Below, one piece after another: positions 27,935 to 39,807 of a stretch of 64,000 bases of DNA. The position numbers and the translations under genes are program-made. Source of the DNA: Solirubrobacteraceae bacterium (GTDB lineage Bacteria > Actinomycetota > Thermoleophilia > Solirubrobacterales > Solirubrobacteraceae). How positions within the stretch are numbered: the stretch's first letter is position 1; each line of letters begins with the position of its first letter. The notes beneath the pieces were generated by a model, which saw nothing but the letters and a program-made list of their open reading frames with translations, was not told the DNA's origin and ran no database searches. The DNA lies in NCBI GenBank assembly GCA_035702765.1, contig DASSZV010000021.1, forward strand, positions 1,002-65,001. The letters are read 5' to 3'.

Positions 27935-28038
27935 CTCCCTCGGCACGGGTGGTGCTCTCACGGATCGCCACCCGCGGGTCACGCCGGGGATGCCGGGAGG
28001 TGGCCGGGCATGAGTTCGACCCTCATAGAATCGAGTGC

Positions 28039-29088
28039 ATGTCCCTTTCCGTCTCCGCCCGCGCCACCGCGGGCCCCGCCGAGCCGTTCCAGAAGACCAC
28101 CATCGAGCGTCGCGACCTCGGTCCCCATGACGTCCAGATCAAGGTCCACTTCGCCGGGATCTGCCACTCGGACATCCACACCGGACGGGATGAGTGGGCG
28201 GGCACGCACTTCCCGCTCGTCCCCGGTCATGAGGTGGCCGGCACCGTCGAGGCGGTCGGGGCGCAGGTGACCAAGGTGAAGCTCGGCGACCGCGTCGGCG
28301 TCGGCGTGATGGTCGACTCCTGCGGTGAGTGCTCGGCCTGCCGAGACGGTGAGGAGCAGTTCTGTGAGCGGGGGATGGTCGAGCAGTACAACTCCCGTGG
28401 CTACGACGGCCACTGGCATGACGGCGGCTACAGCACCCACACCGTCGTCAAGGACCACTTCGTCTGCCACATCCCGGAGGGGATCGGTCTGGACGCCGCC
28501 GCGCCGCTGATGTGCGCGGGGATCACCACCTACTCGCCGCTGAAGCGCTGGGGGGCGGGTCCGGGCAAGAAGGTCGGGGTCGTCGGCCTCGGCGGCCTGG
28601 GTCACCTGGGCGTGAAGCTCGCCGTGGCCATGGGCGCGGACGTGTCGGTCCTCTCCCGCTCGGCGGCCAAGGCCGACGACGCGGCCAAGCTGGGCGCCCA
28701 GCACTTCCTCAACACGTCCGAGGAGGGCTCGCTCAAGACCCACCGCAACTCCTTCGACATCATCATCAACACGGTGTCGGCACCGCTGGACATGGGCCAG
28801 CTCCTGGGCCTTCTGCGCCGTGATGGCGTCGTGGTCAACGTCGGCGCTCCGCCGGTCGACACGAGCATCGGCATCCACCCCTTCCAGCTCATCCAGGGCG
28901 ACAAGGCCTGGGCCGGCTCGATGATCGGCGGGATCGCCCGGACCCAGGAGATGCTCGACTTCTGCGCTGAGCACGGGATCGGCGCCGAGATCGAGCTGAT
29001 CTCCGCCGACCAGATCGACGAGGCCTGGGACCGCGTGGTCGCCTCCGACGTGCGGTACCGCTTCGTCATCGACGCCGCGACGATCTAG
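28039..29088 (+). CDS. NAD(P)-dependent zinc alcohol dehydrogenase (CAD-like)
   Basis: Motifs GICHSD, PGHE, CGECSAC...C, GLGGLG and RYRFVID. TAGAAT lies 7 nt before the ATG. Confidence 0.95.
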   Translation: MSLSVSARATAGPAEPFQKTTIERRDLGPHDVQIKVHFAGICHSDIHTGRDEWAGTHFPLVPGHEVAGTVEAVGAQVTKVKLGDRVGVGVMVDSCGECSACRDGEEQFCERGMVEQYNSRGYDGHWHDGGYSTHTVVKDHFVCHIPEGIGLDAAAPLMCAGITTYSPLKRWGAGPGKKVGVVGLGGLGHLGVKLAVAMGADVSVLSRSAAKADDAAKLGAQHFLNTSEEGSLKTHRNSFDIIINTVSAPLDMGQLLGLLRRDGVVVNVGAPPVDTSIGIHPFQLIQGDKAWAGSMIGGIARTQEMLDFCAEHGIGAEIELISADQIDEAWDRVVASDVRYRFVIDAATI

Positions 29089-29110
29089 GGCCCACGTCCA
29101 GCACCGTCGA

Positions 29111-29147
29111 TGTCCCTCTGTGCCCCAGACCGGGGTACGGAGGGACA
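29111..29147. terminator. Hairpin between the convergent adh and tetR genes
   Basis: TGTCCCTCTGTGCCCC-N5-GGGGTACGGAGGGACA. Confidence 0.65.
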
Positions 29148-29157
29148 CCGACCCGGC

Positions 29158-29721
29158 TCAGGCGGCAGTGAGAGCCCGCAGTTCGGCCAGCGCCTCGGCC
29201 ATGAAACCGGCGAGGGCGTCGGGATCGTCCTGGAGCACCCAGCGCGCCCAGCCGGTCTGAAAGACCGTCACCGCCGTCTGGGCGCTGAGTCTCGCCGGGC
29301 CCGCGGCGACGCCGCGTTGCACCAGCGCCTGGGCCGTCACCTCGGCGAGGTGCTGGAGCTTGATCAGCTCGCGCTCGCGCAGTTCCGGGTTGACCTCGAT
29401 GATCCGCGAGCGCAACCGCGCGGATCCGAAGCGCTCGGCAAAGAACTCCGCGACGCCCGCCGTGCCGGCCAGGGCGGCCTCCAGGGGGGAGGCCTGGGCG
29501 GGTGCGTCACGCACCGCCTGGACCCACATCTCCTCGAAGGCTCCGCCGCCGCCGAAGAGCACCTCACGCTTGTCGGAGAAGTGCCGGAAGAACGTGCGCT
29601 TGGTGAGCCCGGCCCGCTCGGCGATCTCCGCCACGGTCGTGGCGTCGTAGCCCTGCTCGGAGAACAGCTCGATGGCCGCCTGGAGCAGGCGGCCCTGGGC
29701 GTCGGGTTGCCAGCGGGTCAT
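29158..29721 (-). CDS. TetR-family transcriptional regulator
   Basis: N-terminal HTH GYDATTVAEIAERAGLTKRTFFRHF. Confidence 0.95.
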   Translation of the reverse strand: MTRWQPDAQGRLLQAAIELFSEQGYDATTVAEIAERAGLTKRTFFRHFSDKREVLFGGGGAFEEMWVQAVRDAPAQASPLEAALAGTAGVAEFFAERFGSARLRSRIIEVNPELRERELIKLQHLAEVTAQALVQRGVAAGPARLSAQTAVTVFQTGWARWVLQDDPDALAGFMAEALAELRALTAA

Positions 29722-29736
29722 TCCCGGGGAGCGTAG

Positions 29737-29787
29737 TTGATGACACCAGGTGACATCAATCTGCTAGCTTGATGTCACCAAGTGTCG
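29737..29787. promoter_or_regulatory. TetR-type operator pair in the divergent promoter
   Basis: Near-palindrome TTGATGACACCAGGTGACATCAA, a second site TTGATGTCACCAAGTGTCG, and a perfect inverted repeat GGTGACATCAA-N9-TTGATGTCACC. Confidence 0.75.
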
Positions 29788-29821
29788 TGCTTGGGCGTCC
29801 CCCACGTTGAGGAGAACTCAG

Positions 29822-30736
29822 ATGCGCGTGTTCGTCACCGGTGCCTCCGGCCACATCGGCTCCGCCGTCATCCCCGAGCTGCTGCGCCACGGCCACCAGG
29901 TCGTCGGCCTGGCCCGGTCAGATACCTCCGCCGCCGCCGTGGCCGCTCTCGGCGCCGAGGTGCGCCGCGGTGACCTCTCTGACATCGACGGGCTCCAGGC
30001 CGCCGCGACCGAGTCCGACGGCGTTATCCACCTCGCCTTCGACCACGCGGCCATGCAGGCCGGCCGCTGGGCCGAGGCGGCGGCCGGGGAGGTCGCCGCC
30101 GTGACCGCCCTCGGGGAGGTGCTGGCGGGCACGGACAAGCCGTTCATCTCCACCGGCGGCACGCTCCTGCTCGCCACCCTCGGCCTCGACCGCCCCGCCA
30201 CCGAGGACGATTTTCTGCCCGGAGGCCCCCGGGCCGACGCCGAGAACCACGTCATCGCCCTCGCCGAGCGGAGTGTGCGCTCCAGCGTCATCCGGCTCGC
30301 CTCGATGGTCCACTCCGACCTGGACCACCACGGCTTCACCCACGCCCTCATCGGGATGGCCCGCGCCAACGGCTTCGCCGCCTACATCGGCGACGGCGCC
30401 AACCACTGGGGCGGGGTCAACTCTCGTGACGCGGCGGTGCTCTACCGCCTCGCCCTGGAGCAGGGGCCGGCCGGTCGGCGCTTCCACGCCATTGAGTCGG
30501 ACGGGATCCCCTTCCGCACGGTGGCAGAGACGATCGCCGGCCGATTGGACCTCCCGGCCCGCAGCATCACCGCCGAGGAGGCCCCGCAGTACCTGGGCTT
30601 CCTCGCCGGGTTCGCCGGCATGGACGCCCTGGTCGACAGCGCCCAGACCCGGGAGACCCTGAGCTGGCAGCCGACCCACCCCAGCTGGACCGAGGACATG
30701 GCCGCAGAGCACTACTTCGCCGAGGTCGCGGTCTGA
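29822..30736 (+). CDS. Extended SDR / NAD-dependent epimerase-dehydratase family oxidoreductase
   Basis: MRVFVTGASGHIG and VIHLAF. GAGGAG RBS. Confidence 0.9.
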   Translation: MRVFVTGASGHIGSAVIPELLRHGHQVVGLARSDTSAAAVAALGAEVRRGDLSDIDGLQAAATESDGVIHLAFDHAAMQAGRWAEAAAGEVAAVTALGEVLAGTDKPFISTGGTLLLATLGLDRPATEDDFLPGGPRADAENHVIALAERSVRSSVIRLASMVHSDLDHHGFTHALIGMARANGFAAYIGDGANHWGGVNSRDAAVLYRLALEQGPAGRRFHAIESDGIPFRTVAETIAGRLDLPARSITAEEAPQYLGFLAGFAGMDALVDSAQTRETLSWQPTHPSWTEDMAAEHYFAEVAV

Positions 30737-30754
30737 GAGCTCGGCTCACGCCGA

Positions 30755-30787
30755 CGGTGGTGCTGGTCCCACAGACCGGCACCACCG
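30755..30787. terminator. Hairpin between convergent genes
   Basis: CGGTGGTGCTGGTC-N5-GACCGGCACCACCG. Confidence 0.65.
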
Positions 30788-30795
30788 CCACCGCT

Positions 30796-31590
30796 CTAGA
30801 GGATGTACTCCTCCACGGCCCGGGCGAAGCCCTCCTCGGCGTTGGAGGCGGTCACCCGGTCGGCGGCGGCCCGCACCGCGTCGTCGGACTGGCCCATGGC
30901 GATGGACAGCCCGGCGGGCGCGAACATCGCGATGTCGTTGGGCATGTCACCGATGGTGGCGATCTGGGCGGGGTCGATGTCGTAGTACTCGCTGAGGTAC
31001 GCCACGACGCCGCCCTTGTTCGCCTCGGGGTGGGTGACGTCGACGTAGTAGGGCTGGGATCGTGAGGCCGCGACGTGGTCACCGAAGCGCGACCCGAGGT
31101 CCTGACTGATCCGGGCCACGAGCTCATGGTCGTCACCGACCCCGGTGATCTTGGCCACCGCCTCGGTGATCGTGCCGAGCGAGTCCACCACCGTGGGCCC
31201 GAACTGGACCGTGTGCGCCTCGCGCTCGACGTGGGGGGCGTTCGGATCGGTGACGAACCAGTCGGCGCCCTGGTAGACCCAGGCGTCGATCGAGGCGCAG
31301 ACCGTCGCGATGATCTCGGGCACGAGTTCGGCGGGCAGGGTCTTCTGCTCGATCGTGGACATGTCCGGGGTGACGATCAGCCCGCCGTTGAAGGCGGCGA
31401 TCGGACCCTGCAGGGTGAGGGGCTCCACGAGCATCGCCATCCCGCGCGGCGGTCGCCCGCTGGTGAGCGCGAAGATCACCCCGGCGTCGTGGAGCCGGTG
31501 CACGGCGCTGATCGCGCGGTCGGTGAGCGCCTTGTCGTCGGTGACCAGCGTGCCATCGACGTCGGCCAGCAGCAGGCGGATGTCTCCCAT
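30796..31590 (-). CDS. Cof-type HAD-IIB hydrolase
   Basis: Motifs DVDGTL, SGR, NKG and IGDMPND. Confidence 0.93.
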   Translation of the reverse strand: MGDIRLLLADVDGTLVTDDKALTDRAISAVHRLHDAGVIFALTSGRPPRGMAMLVEPLTLQGPIAAFNGGLIVTPDMSTIEQKTLPAELVPEIIATVCASIDAWVYQGADWFVTDPNAPHVEREAHTVQFGPTVVDSLGTITEAVAKITGVGDDHELVARISQDLGSRFGDHVAASRSQPYYVDVTHPEANKGGVVAYLSEYYDIDPAQIATIGDMPNDIAMFAPAGLSIAMGQSDDAVRAAADRVTASNAEEGFARAVEEYIL

Positions 31591-31601
31591 GGGCAGGGAG
31601 C

Positions 31602-32852
31602 CTACAGACGCACGATGTTCGCCGAGCTCGCTCCTCGGGTGACCCCGCGCAGATCGACGAACAGGGGCGTCCGGTCCGCAAGCGCGACGTGGTCGATGCC
31701 CGGGTGGGCGGTGACGAGCACGACTGCGTCGGCGTCGGCGAGGGCCGCCTCCAGCGGTACGCTGGCCAGGCCCAGCTGAGCGAGCTCGGGGACGAAGGGG
31801 TCGTGGTAGGCCAGCTGCGCGCCTCGTGCGGTGAGCTGCTCGATGATGCGGATGGCCGGGCTCTCGCGGATGTCGGCCACCCCGCCCTTGTAGGCGACCC
31901 CGAGGATCGCCAGCTTCGAGCCGCGCAGCGGCTTGGCCTGGTCGTTGAGTGCGCGTTCGATGCGCTCGACGCAGTAGGCGGGCATCTGCTGGTTGATCTT
32001 GCCCGCGAGCTCGATGAACTCGGTCGGGGTGTGGAACTCCCGGGCCCGCCAGGTGAGGTAGAACGGGTCCACGGGCAGGCAGTGGCCACCCATGCCCGGC
32101 CCGGGCTGGAAGGGCATGAAGCCGTACGGCTTGGTCGCGGCGGCGTCGAGTACCTCCCAGATGTCGATGCCCATGCGCTCGGCGAGGATGGCCAGCTCGT
32201 TGACCAGGGCGATGTTCACGGAGCGGAAGATGTTCTCCAGCAGCTTGGTGAGCTCGGCCGCCTCCGGGGTGGAGACCTCGACGGTGCTGTCGCACACCAG
32301 CGCGTAGAGCGCGCGCGCCCGCTCGGTGCACCGCGCGGTGAGGCCGCCGACGACCTTCGGGGTGTTGCGCAGCTGATAGTCGGTGCGGCCCGGGTCGACG
32401 CGCTCGGGGGAGAAGGCGACGTTGAGCTGCTCGGGCACGCGCAGACCGGAGATCCGCTCCAGCGTCGGGACCAGCAGGTCCCGCGTGGTCCCCGGATAGG
32501 TCGTCGATTCCAACACGATCAGCTGCCCGGGACGCACGTGCTTGGCGAGCTGATCGGCGGCCTGGCGCAGCGGGGTGAGATCGGGCTCGCGGTTGCGCGT
32601 GAGCGGGGTGGGGACGCAGACGAGGATCGCCTCGGCGTCCGCGAGCGGGCCGTAGCTCGTCGTCGCAGTGATGTGGGGGAGGGCGGCGGTGAGGCGCTCG
32701 GAGGCGATGTCCTCGACGTAGGAGCTGCCCCGGCGGATCGCCGCCACCTTGGTCCGGTCGACGTCGACGGCGATCACCTCGGCCCCCGCCTCGGCGAAGG
32801 CGACGACCAGCGGGAGGCCCACGTACCCAAGTCCGACGACGCCGACGATCAT
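31602..32852 (-). CDS. Nucleotide-sugar (UDP-N-acetylhexosamine) dehydrogenase
   Basis: Motifs GLGYVG, CVPTP, LESTTYPGTT, FSPERVDPG, GGHCLPVDP and DIRESP. Confidence 0.93.
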   Translation of the reverse strand: MIVGVVGLGYVGLPLVVAFAEAGAEVIAVDVDRTKVAAIRRGSSYVEDIASERLTAALPHITATTSYGPLADAEAILVCVPTPLTRNREPDLTPLRQAADQLAKHVRPGQLIVLESTTYPGTTRDLLVPTLERISGLRVPEQLNVAFSPERVDPGRTDYQLRNTPKVVGGLTARCTERARALYALVCDSTVEVSTPEAAELTKLLENIFRSVNIALVNELAILAERMGIDIWEVLDAAATKPYGFMPFQPGPGMGGHCLPVDPFYLTWRAREFHTPTEFIELAGKINQQMPAYCVERIERALNDQAKPLRGSKLAILGVAYKGGVADIRESPAIRIIEQLTARGAQLAYHDPFVPELAQLGLASVPLEAALADADAVVLVTAHPGIDHVALADRTPLFVDLRGVTRGASSANIVRL

Positions 32853-32949
32853 GATCGCGGCGACATTAGCGGGGGGTTCGGTCTCGCCCCGGGCGCCGAC
32901 GACCAGGCGCTCCGGCGCGGGCGGGGCGGATGCGGGTTCTAGAATCTGC

Positions 32950-33038
32950 GGCGTCCCGTCGCGGTGGAGGCCTGCGAACCAGGTCAGGTGCGGAAGCAAG
33001 CAGCCTTAAGCGGCAACCTCCAGGCGCGGCGGGGCGCT
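32950..33038 (+). ncRNA. ffs: Signal recognition particle RNA (small type)
   Basis: Long hairpin with the domain IV signature GGTCAGGTGCGGAAGCAAGCAGCC, in the conserved position upstream of dnaX. Confidence 0.92.
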
Positions 33039-33063
33039 ATGGCGCGGCCTACACTGCGCCCCA

Positions 33064-34923
33064 GTGTCCGCCGGGCCCTCTCTGTATCGTCGCCACCGTC
33101 CCCGGACCTTCGCGGACGTCGTCGGTCAGGAGCACGTGGTGCGCACGCTCGCCCACGCCGTGGAGCGCGACAAGGTCCACCACGCCTACCTGTTCGTCGG
33201 CTCGCGCGGGACCGGCAAGACCTCGATGGCGAAGATCCTCGCCTCCTGTCTCAACTGCGTGAACGGCCCGACCATCACGCCCTGTGGCGAGTGCGACTCC
33301 TGCGTGTCGATCGCCAACGCCACCTCGCTCGACGTCATCGAGATGGACGCGGCCTCGAACAACTCCGTCGACGACATCCGCGAGCTGCGTGAGACGGTGG
33401 CCTACGCGCCGGTCTCGGGCCGCAGCAAGGTCTACATCCTCGACGAGGCCCACATGCTCTCCTCCCAGGCGTGGAACGCGTTCCTCAAGACGCTCGAGGA
33501 GCCGCCGCCCCACACCGTCTTCGTGCTCGCCACGACGGAGGCCAACAAGGTCCTCCCCACGGTCGTCGACCGCTGTCACCGCTTCGACTTCGGGCGGCCC
33601 GGGGCGGACCAGATCGCCGGGCTGCTGCGCCGCGTCGCCGCCCAGGAGCAGATCCCCCTCCAGGAGGGGGCCGCGGCGCTCATCGCCCGCCACGCCACCG
33701 GCTCCTTCCGGGATGCCCTGGGCACGCTGGAGCAGCTGGTCGACTACGTCGGGGATGCCCCGATCCAGCCCGCCGATGTGCTCGCCGTGCTCGGCGTGGC
33801 CGACGCCGAGGCGCTGTTCGCCGCTGTGGAGGCGATCATCGCCCGCGACCCCGCGGCCGCCCTGGGGGCTGCGGCCACGCTCACCGGCTCGGGCCGCGAC
33901 CCCGGCCAGATCCTGCGCGACCTGGAGTCCCACGCGCGGGAGCTGCTCAGCGTCCAGATCATCGGCCAGGTGCCCGCGGAATTGTCGATCACCCCGGACC
34001 GCGACGCCCGCCTGATCGCCCAGGCCCGGGCGCTGGCCGCCACCGACGCGGTGCGGATCCTCGACCTCGTCTCCGCCGCGCTGGAGGCGAGCGCGAACGG
34101 CGCCCACCCCCGCATCCAGCTCGAGCTCGTGCTGGTGCGCGCCGCCGCGCCCGAATTCGATCCCTCGATGGCCGCGCTGCTGTCGCGGATCGAGCGGTTG
34201 GAGCAGGGTGGGGCGACGCGGGCTGCGGTCGTGGCTCCTTCTGCCGTTGCACCTTTGTCGGCTCCTCCGGCTGCTCCTTCCGGCGCTGCGCCCGCGCCCG
34301 CGCCGGCGTCGGATTCCGCTCAGCCCGGCTTCGCCGATTGGGCTGATCGGGAACTCGTCGCCGACCCGGGCACGCACGGCGGTGAACCTTCGAGCACCGG
34401 GGCGCGGGCGGCGGACAAGACCGCGGCCCACCCTGTGGGTGATGAGGTGGCTGGGGTGCCGGCGCTGAGGATTGAGCCCGAGCCCGAGCCCGAGACCCGA
34501 GCGCAGCACGGCGGCGCCCCTTCCGTCGCCGGCACTGTGCAGCCGGCGACGGACCTGGGGCAGATGATCGAACTCTGGCCCGCGGTGGTCGAGCTGGTGC
34601 GGGGCCAGAACGCGATGCTCGCCTCGCTGCTGGAGCTCGCCACGCCGGTCGGTCTCGCCCAGGGCGAGCTCAGCCTCGCCCTGCCCCCGGGGGCGATGTT
34701 CCACAAGCGCAAGGCGGAGAGCACCGAGCACCGGCAGATGGCGGCCGCAGCGGTGCGCAGCGTCACCGGGACCGAGTTCGAGCTCACCTACCGGCTTGCC
34801 GAGCCGGTCGAGGTGGCGACTCCGGCGGTGCCCGTCGATGACACGCTGTCCGAGGCCGAGCTCGTGCGCCGCTTTGTCGAGACTTTCGACGCCCAGGAAC
34901 TGACCGACCAGGAGATCCCCTAG
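33064..34923 (+). CDS. dnaX: DNA polymerase III subunit gamma/tau
   Basis: Motifs LYRRHRP..F.DVVGQ, GSRGTGKTS, EMDAASN, DEAHMLS and LKTLEEPP. Confidence 0.96.
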   Translation: MSAGPSLYRRHRPRTFADVVGQEHVVRTLAHAVERDKVHHAYLFVGSRGTGKTSMAKILASCLNCVNGPTITPCGECDSCVSIANATSLDVIEMDAASNNSVDDIRELRETVAYAPVSGRSKVYILDEAHMLSSQAWNAFLKTLEEPPPHTVFVLATTEANKVLPTVVDRCHRFDFGRPGADQIAGLLRRVAAQEQIPLQEGAAALIARHATGSFRDALGTLEQLVDYVGDAPIQPADVLAVLGVADAEALFAAVEAIIARDPAAALGAAATLTGSGRDPGQILRDLESHARELLSVQIIGQVPAELSITPDRDARLIAQARALAATDAVRILDLVSAALEASANGAHPRIQLELVLVRAAAPEFDPSMAALLSRIERLEQGGATRAAVVAPSAVAPLSAPPAAPSGAAPAPAPASDSAQPGFADWADRELVADPGTHGGEPSSTGARAADKTAAHPVGDEVAGVPALRIEPEPEPETRAQHGGAPSVAGTVQPATDLGQMIELWPAVVELVRGQNAMLASLLELATPVGLAQGELSLALPPGAMFHKRKAESTEHRQMAAAAVRSVTGTEFELTYRLAEPVEVATPAVPVDDTLSEAELVRRFVETFDAQELTDQEIP

Positions 34924-35262
34924 ATGCCGCCTCAGCCGAACATGCAGCAGATGCTCAAGCAGGTCCAGAAGATGCAGGCCGACATGGCCAAGGCCCAGGA
35001 GGGGCTCAAGGACGCGACGGTCACCGCCGCGGTCGGCGGCGGGGTCGTGTCGGTCGAGGTGACCGGGGAGATCGTCGTCAAGTCGATCACCATCAAGCCC
35101 GAGGCGATCGACCCCGATGATCCGGAGATGCTGTCTGACCTCGTGCTCGCCGCGGTCAACGAGGGCATCCGCCAGGCCCAGGAGCTGGCCGCCCAGCGGA
35201 TGGAAGCCGCGGCCGGCCCGCTGGCCGGCGGGATGGGCGGACTGGGGCTCCCCGGCTTCTAA
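34924..35262 (+). CDS. ybaB: YbaB/EbfC nucleoid-associated protein
   Basis: Motifs MQQMLKQVQKMQ, GGGVVSV and DPEMLSDLVLAAVN; dnaX-ybaB-recR synteny. Confidence 0.95.
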   Translation: MPPQPNMQQMLKQVQKMQADMAKAQEGLKDATVTAAVGGGVVSVEVTGEIVVKSITIKPEAIDPDDPEMLSDLVLAAVNEGIRQAQELAAQRMEAAAGPLAGGMGGLGLPGF

Positions 35263-35350
35263 ACGATGTCCCGGGCGCTCGTGTGACGAAGATCGTCGAT
35301 ATGACGCACAACGTCACACGCACCCGCCACCAGCCCACCCCATCCACATC

Positions 35351-35956
35351 GTGTCCCTGCACGCCCCACCTCTCCAGCGCCTCATCACCGAGCTGTCCAA
35401 GCTGCCCGGCGTCGGCGGGCGCACAGCCCAGCGCCTGGCCTTCCACCTGCTCAAGGCGAGCGAGCAGGACGCCTTCGCCCTCGCCGCGGCGATCCGTGAG
35501 GTGAAGGAGAAGATCACCTTCTGTGAGGTCTGCTTCAACCTCGCCGAGGGGCCGCTGTGTGTCATCTGCCAGGACCCGCGGCGTGACATCACGCTCATCT
35601 GCGTCGTCGAGGAGCCCGCCGACGTCATCCCGATCGAGCGCACGCATGAGTGGCAGGGCCGCTACCACGTCCTCGGGGGTGCGCTGTCGCCGATCGACGG
35701 GGTCGACCCCGAGGACCTCACGCTCGAGCCGCTGTACGCGCGCGTTGACGCCGACCACGTCCGCGAGGTCGTCGTGGCCACGAACCCCACCACCACCGGT
35801 GAGGCCACCGCGATGCACATCGCCGGGGTGCTGCGCCGGCGCGCGCCGCACGTGAACGTCACCCGCCTGGCCTCGGGCCTGCCCGTGGGGGCTGACCTCG
35901 AGTACGCCGACGAGCTCACCCTCGGGCGCGCCTTCGCCGGACGGCGCGCCCTCTAG
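35351..35956 (+). CDS. recR: Recombination mediator RecR
   Basis: Motifs KLPGVG.RTAQRLAF, CEVC...CVIC, YHVLGGALSP and GADLEYAD. Confidence 0.96.
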   Translation: MSLHAPPLQRLITELSKLPGVGGRTAQRLAFHLLKASEQDAFALAAAIREVKEKITFCEVCFNLAEGPLCVICQDPRRDITLICVVEEPADVIPIERTHEWQGRYHVLGGALSPIDGVDPEDLTLEPLYARVDADHVREVVVATNPTTTGEATAMHIAGVLRRRAPHVNVTRLASGLPVGADLEYADELTLGRAFAGRRAL

Positions 35957-35971
35957 GTCTCCACCGGGGGC

Positions 35972-37417
<1,446 letters not shown>

Positions 37418-37484
37418 GTTCAGATGGACGTCATCTTAGGCCCGCCACCGCCCTCGCGCGGCAGGGCTCTAATCTGGCCTGCGC

Positions 37485-38744
37485 ATGCACAGCACCGTGG
37501 TGATGAAGTTCGGCGGCACCTCCGTCGCCGACGCCGAGAAGATCAAGCGCGCCGCGGCGCGCATCGTCGCCCAGCGTGAGGCGGGCAACCGGGTCGTCGC
37601 CGTGCTCTCGGCGCGGGGCAAGACCACCGACGAGCTCATCGCCGCCGCCCACGAGGTCTCCACCCACCCCGACCCGCGGGAGATGGACATGCTCCTCTCC
37701 ACGGGTGAGCGGATCTCCTGCGCCCTGTGTGCCATGGCCATCAACGACCTGGGCCACAAGGCGATCTCGCTCACCGGCTCCCAGGCGGGCATCGTCACCG
37801 ACACCTCCCACACCAAGGCGCGGATCATCGACGTGCGCGCCGACCGAATCCGCCAGGCTCTCGACGAGGACATGATCGTGCTGGTGGCCGGCTTTCAGGG
37901 CGTGTCGACCTCCCGGGACGTGACCACCTTGGGGCGCGGCGGCTCCGACACCACCGCCGTGGCCCTCGCCGCCGCGGTGCACGCGGACGTGTGCGAGATC
38001 TACACCGACGTCGACGGTGTCTACTCCGCCGACCCGCGGATCGTTCCCGACGCCCGCAAGCTGCCCGTCGTCTCCTTCGAGGAGATGCTCGAGATGGCCG
38101 CCTCGGGCGCGAAGGTGCTGCAGCTGCGCTCGGTCGAGTACGCGCGCACCCACGGGGTGCGGATCCACTGCCGGTCGAGCTTCAAGGACGGCCCCGGTAC
38201 CGTTGTCGTCGGCGAAGAGGAGACCATGGAGAACCCGCTCATCACCGCAGTCACCCATACCACCGACGAGGCGCTCATCACCCTCACCGGCGTGCCGGAC
38301 CGTCCCGGCGCGGCCGCGCGGATCTTCACCGCGCTGGCCGACAACGGGGTGAACGTCGACACGATCGTCCAGAACGAGCCCAAGGGCGAAGGCGTCTCCG
38401 CCGAGGTCTCCTTCACTCTGTCCGTCGACGATCTTCACCCCGCCGAGGTCGCTCTCGCACCGGTCCGCGAGGAGCTCGGGCTCACCGGCATCGAGCTGGA
38501 CGAGGAGGTCGGCAAGGTGTCGATCATCGGCGCGGGGATGCGCTCGCACCCCGGGGTCGCCGCCAAGGTCTTCCAGGTCCTCGCCGAGGAGGAGATCAAC
38601 ATCGAGATCATCCACACCTCGCCGATCAAGATCACCTGCCTGATCCGCCAGGACCGTGTGCCCCGGGCCGTCGAGGCGCTGCACACCGCCTTCGGGCTGG
38701 GCAGCGGCGAGGCCGAGCTGCCGCTGGGGCAGCAGTCGCGATGA
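37485..38744 (+). CDS. ask: Aspartate kinase
   Basis: Motifs [21 protein letters not shown] and [10 protein letters not shown], plus two ACT domains. Confidence 0.96.
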   Translation: MHSTVVMKFGGTSVADAEKIKRAAARIVAQREAGNRVVAVLSARGKTTDELIAAAHEVSTHPDPREMDMLLSTGERISCALCAMAINDLGHKAISLTGSQAGIVTDTSHTKARIIDVRADRIRQALDEDMIVLVAGFQGVSTSRDVTTLGRGGSDTTAVALAAAVHADVCEIYTDVDGVYSADPRIVPDARKLPVVSFEEMLEMAASGAKVLQLRSVEYARTHGVRIHCRSSFKDGPGTVVVGEEETMENPLITAVTHTTDEALITLTGVPDRPGAAARIFTALADNGVNVDTIVQNEPKGEGVSAEVSFTLSVDDLHPAEVALAPVREELGLTGIELDEEVGKVSIIGAGMRSHPGVAAKVFQVLAEEEINIEIIHTSPIKITCLIRQDRVPRAVEALHTAFGLGSGEAELPLGQQSR

Positions 38745-38796
38745 CCGGCGGGGTCGGTCATGCCCGGTCTGGGGGACCGGGCCTCAGAGGTACGCG

Positions 38797-39807
38797 GTGA
38801 GCCCGCGCATCGCCGTCGTCGGGGCCACCGGCGCTGTCGGGGCAGTGATGCTCGAGGTGCTCGCCGAGCGGCGCCTCGACTCGGACCTGGTGCTGTTCGC
38901 CACGCCGCGCTCGGCCGGGCGTGAGCTCGCCGGCCGGCCTGTCGTCGGTCTCGACGACCGCGCTGACCTGTCGGGGATCGACATCGCCCTGTTCTCGGCG
39001 GGTGCCTCCACGTCGCGGGAGTGGGCGCCGCGCTTCGTCGCCGCCGGCGCGACGGTGGTGGACAACTCCTCGGCCTTCCGCCGTGACCCGGAGGTGCCCC
39101 TGGTCGTTGCCGAGGTGAACCCCCACGCCCTGGCCGGGCACCGCGGGATCATCGCCAACCCCAACTGCTCGACGATGCAGCTGATGGTCGCGCTCGCGCC
39201 GATCCACCGCGCGGCGGGGATCGAGCGTCTCGTCGTCTCGACCTACCAGTCGGTGTCGGGTACCGGCGTGGCCGCGCTGCGCGCCCTCGACGCTGAGGCC
39301 GCCGCGTCGCTGGCCGGTGAGGCGCTGCCGGACCCGGCGATCTATCCCGACCACATCGCCTTCAACGTGATCGGTGCGGCGGGCAGCTTCGTCGACGGTG
39401 ATGACCACACCGACGAGGAGCGCAAGATGCAGTTCGAGACGGCGAAGATCCTCGAGGACGAGAGCATCGGCGTCGCGGTCACCTGCGTGCGGGTGCCCGT
39501 GCGCATCGGCCATTCGGAGTCGGTGAACGTCCAGACGCGTGAGCCGCTGGGCATCGCTGCGGTCCGGGAGCTGCTCGCCGGCGCGCCCGGCCTCGTGCTG
39601 GAGGACGTGCCCTCACCGCTGCGCAGTCAGGGTCGGGACGAGGTCTTCGTCGGCCGTCTGCGTGACGACCCCTCCCATTCCCGGGCCTTCTCGATGTGGG
39701 TGGTGGCCGACAACCTGCGCAAGGGGGCGGCGACCAACGCGGTCCAGATCGCTCAGGAGCTCATGAGGCGCGAACTGTTGCGCCCCGCAGCTCCCGCCGC
39801 GTCCTGA
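38797..39807 (+). CDS. asd: Aspartate-semialdehyde dehydrogenase
   Basis: Motifs VVGATGAVG, DNSSAFR, ANPNCST, CVRVPV..GHSE and DNLRKGAATN. Confidence 0.96.
   Translation: MSPRIAVVGATGAVGAVMLEVLAERRLDSDLVLFATPRSAGRELAGRPVVGLDDRADLSGIDIALFSAGASTSREWAPRFVAAGATVVDNSSAFRRDPEVPLVVAEVNPHALAGHRGIIANPNCSTMQLMVALAPIHRAAGIERLVVSTYQSVSGTGVAALRALDAEAAASLAGEALPDPAIYPDHIAFNVIGAAGSFVDGDDHTDEERKMQFETAKILEDESIGVAVTCVRVPVRIGHSESVNVQTREPLGIAAVRELLAGAPGLVLEDVPSPLRSQGRDEVFVGRLRDDPSHSRAFSMWVVADNLRKGAATNAVQIAQELMRRELLRPAAPAAS

Noticed and set aside
34200-34540. T-richer segment in dnaX as an intein, insertion or frameshift site
   Set aside because: It encodes the usual variable A/P-rich linker. I saw no intein motifs or slippery A-run.
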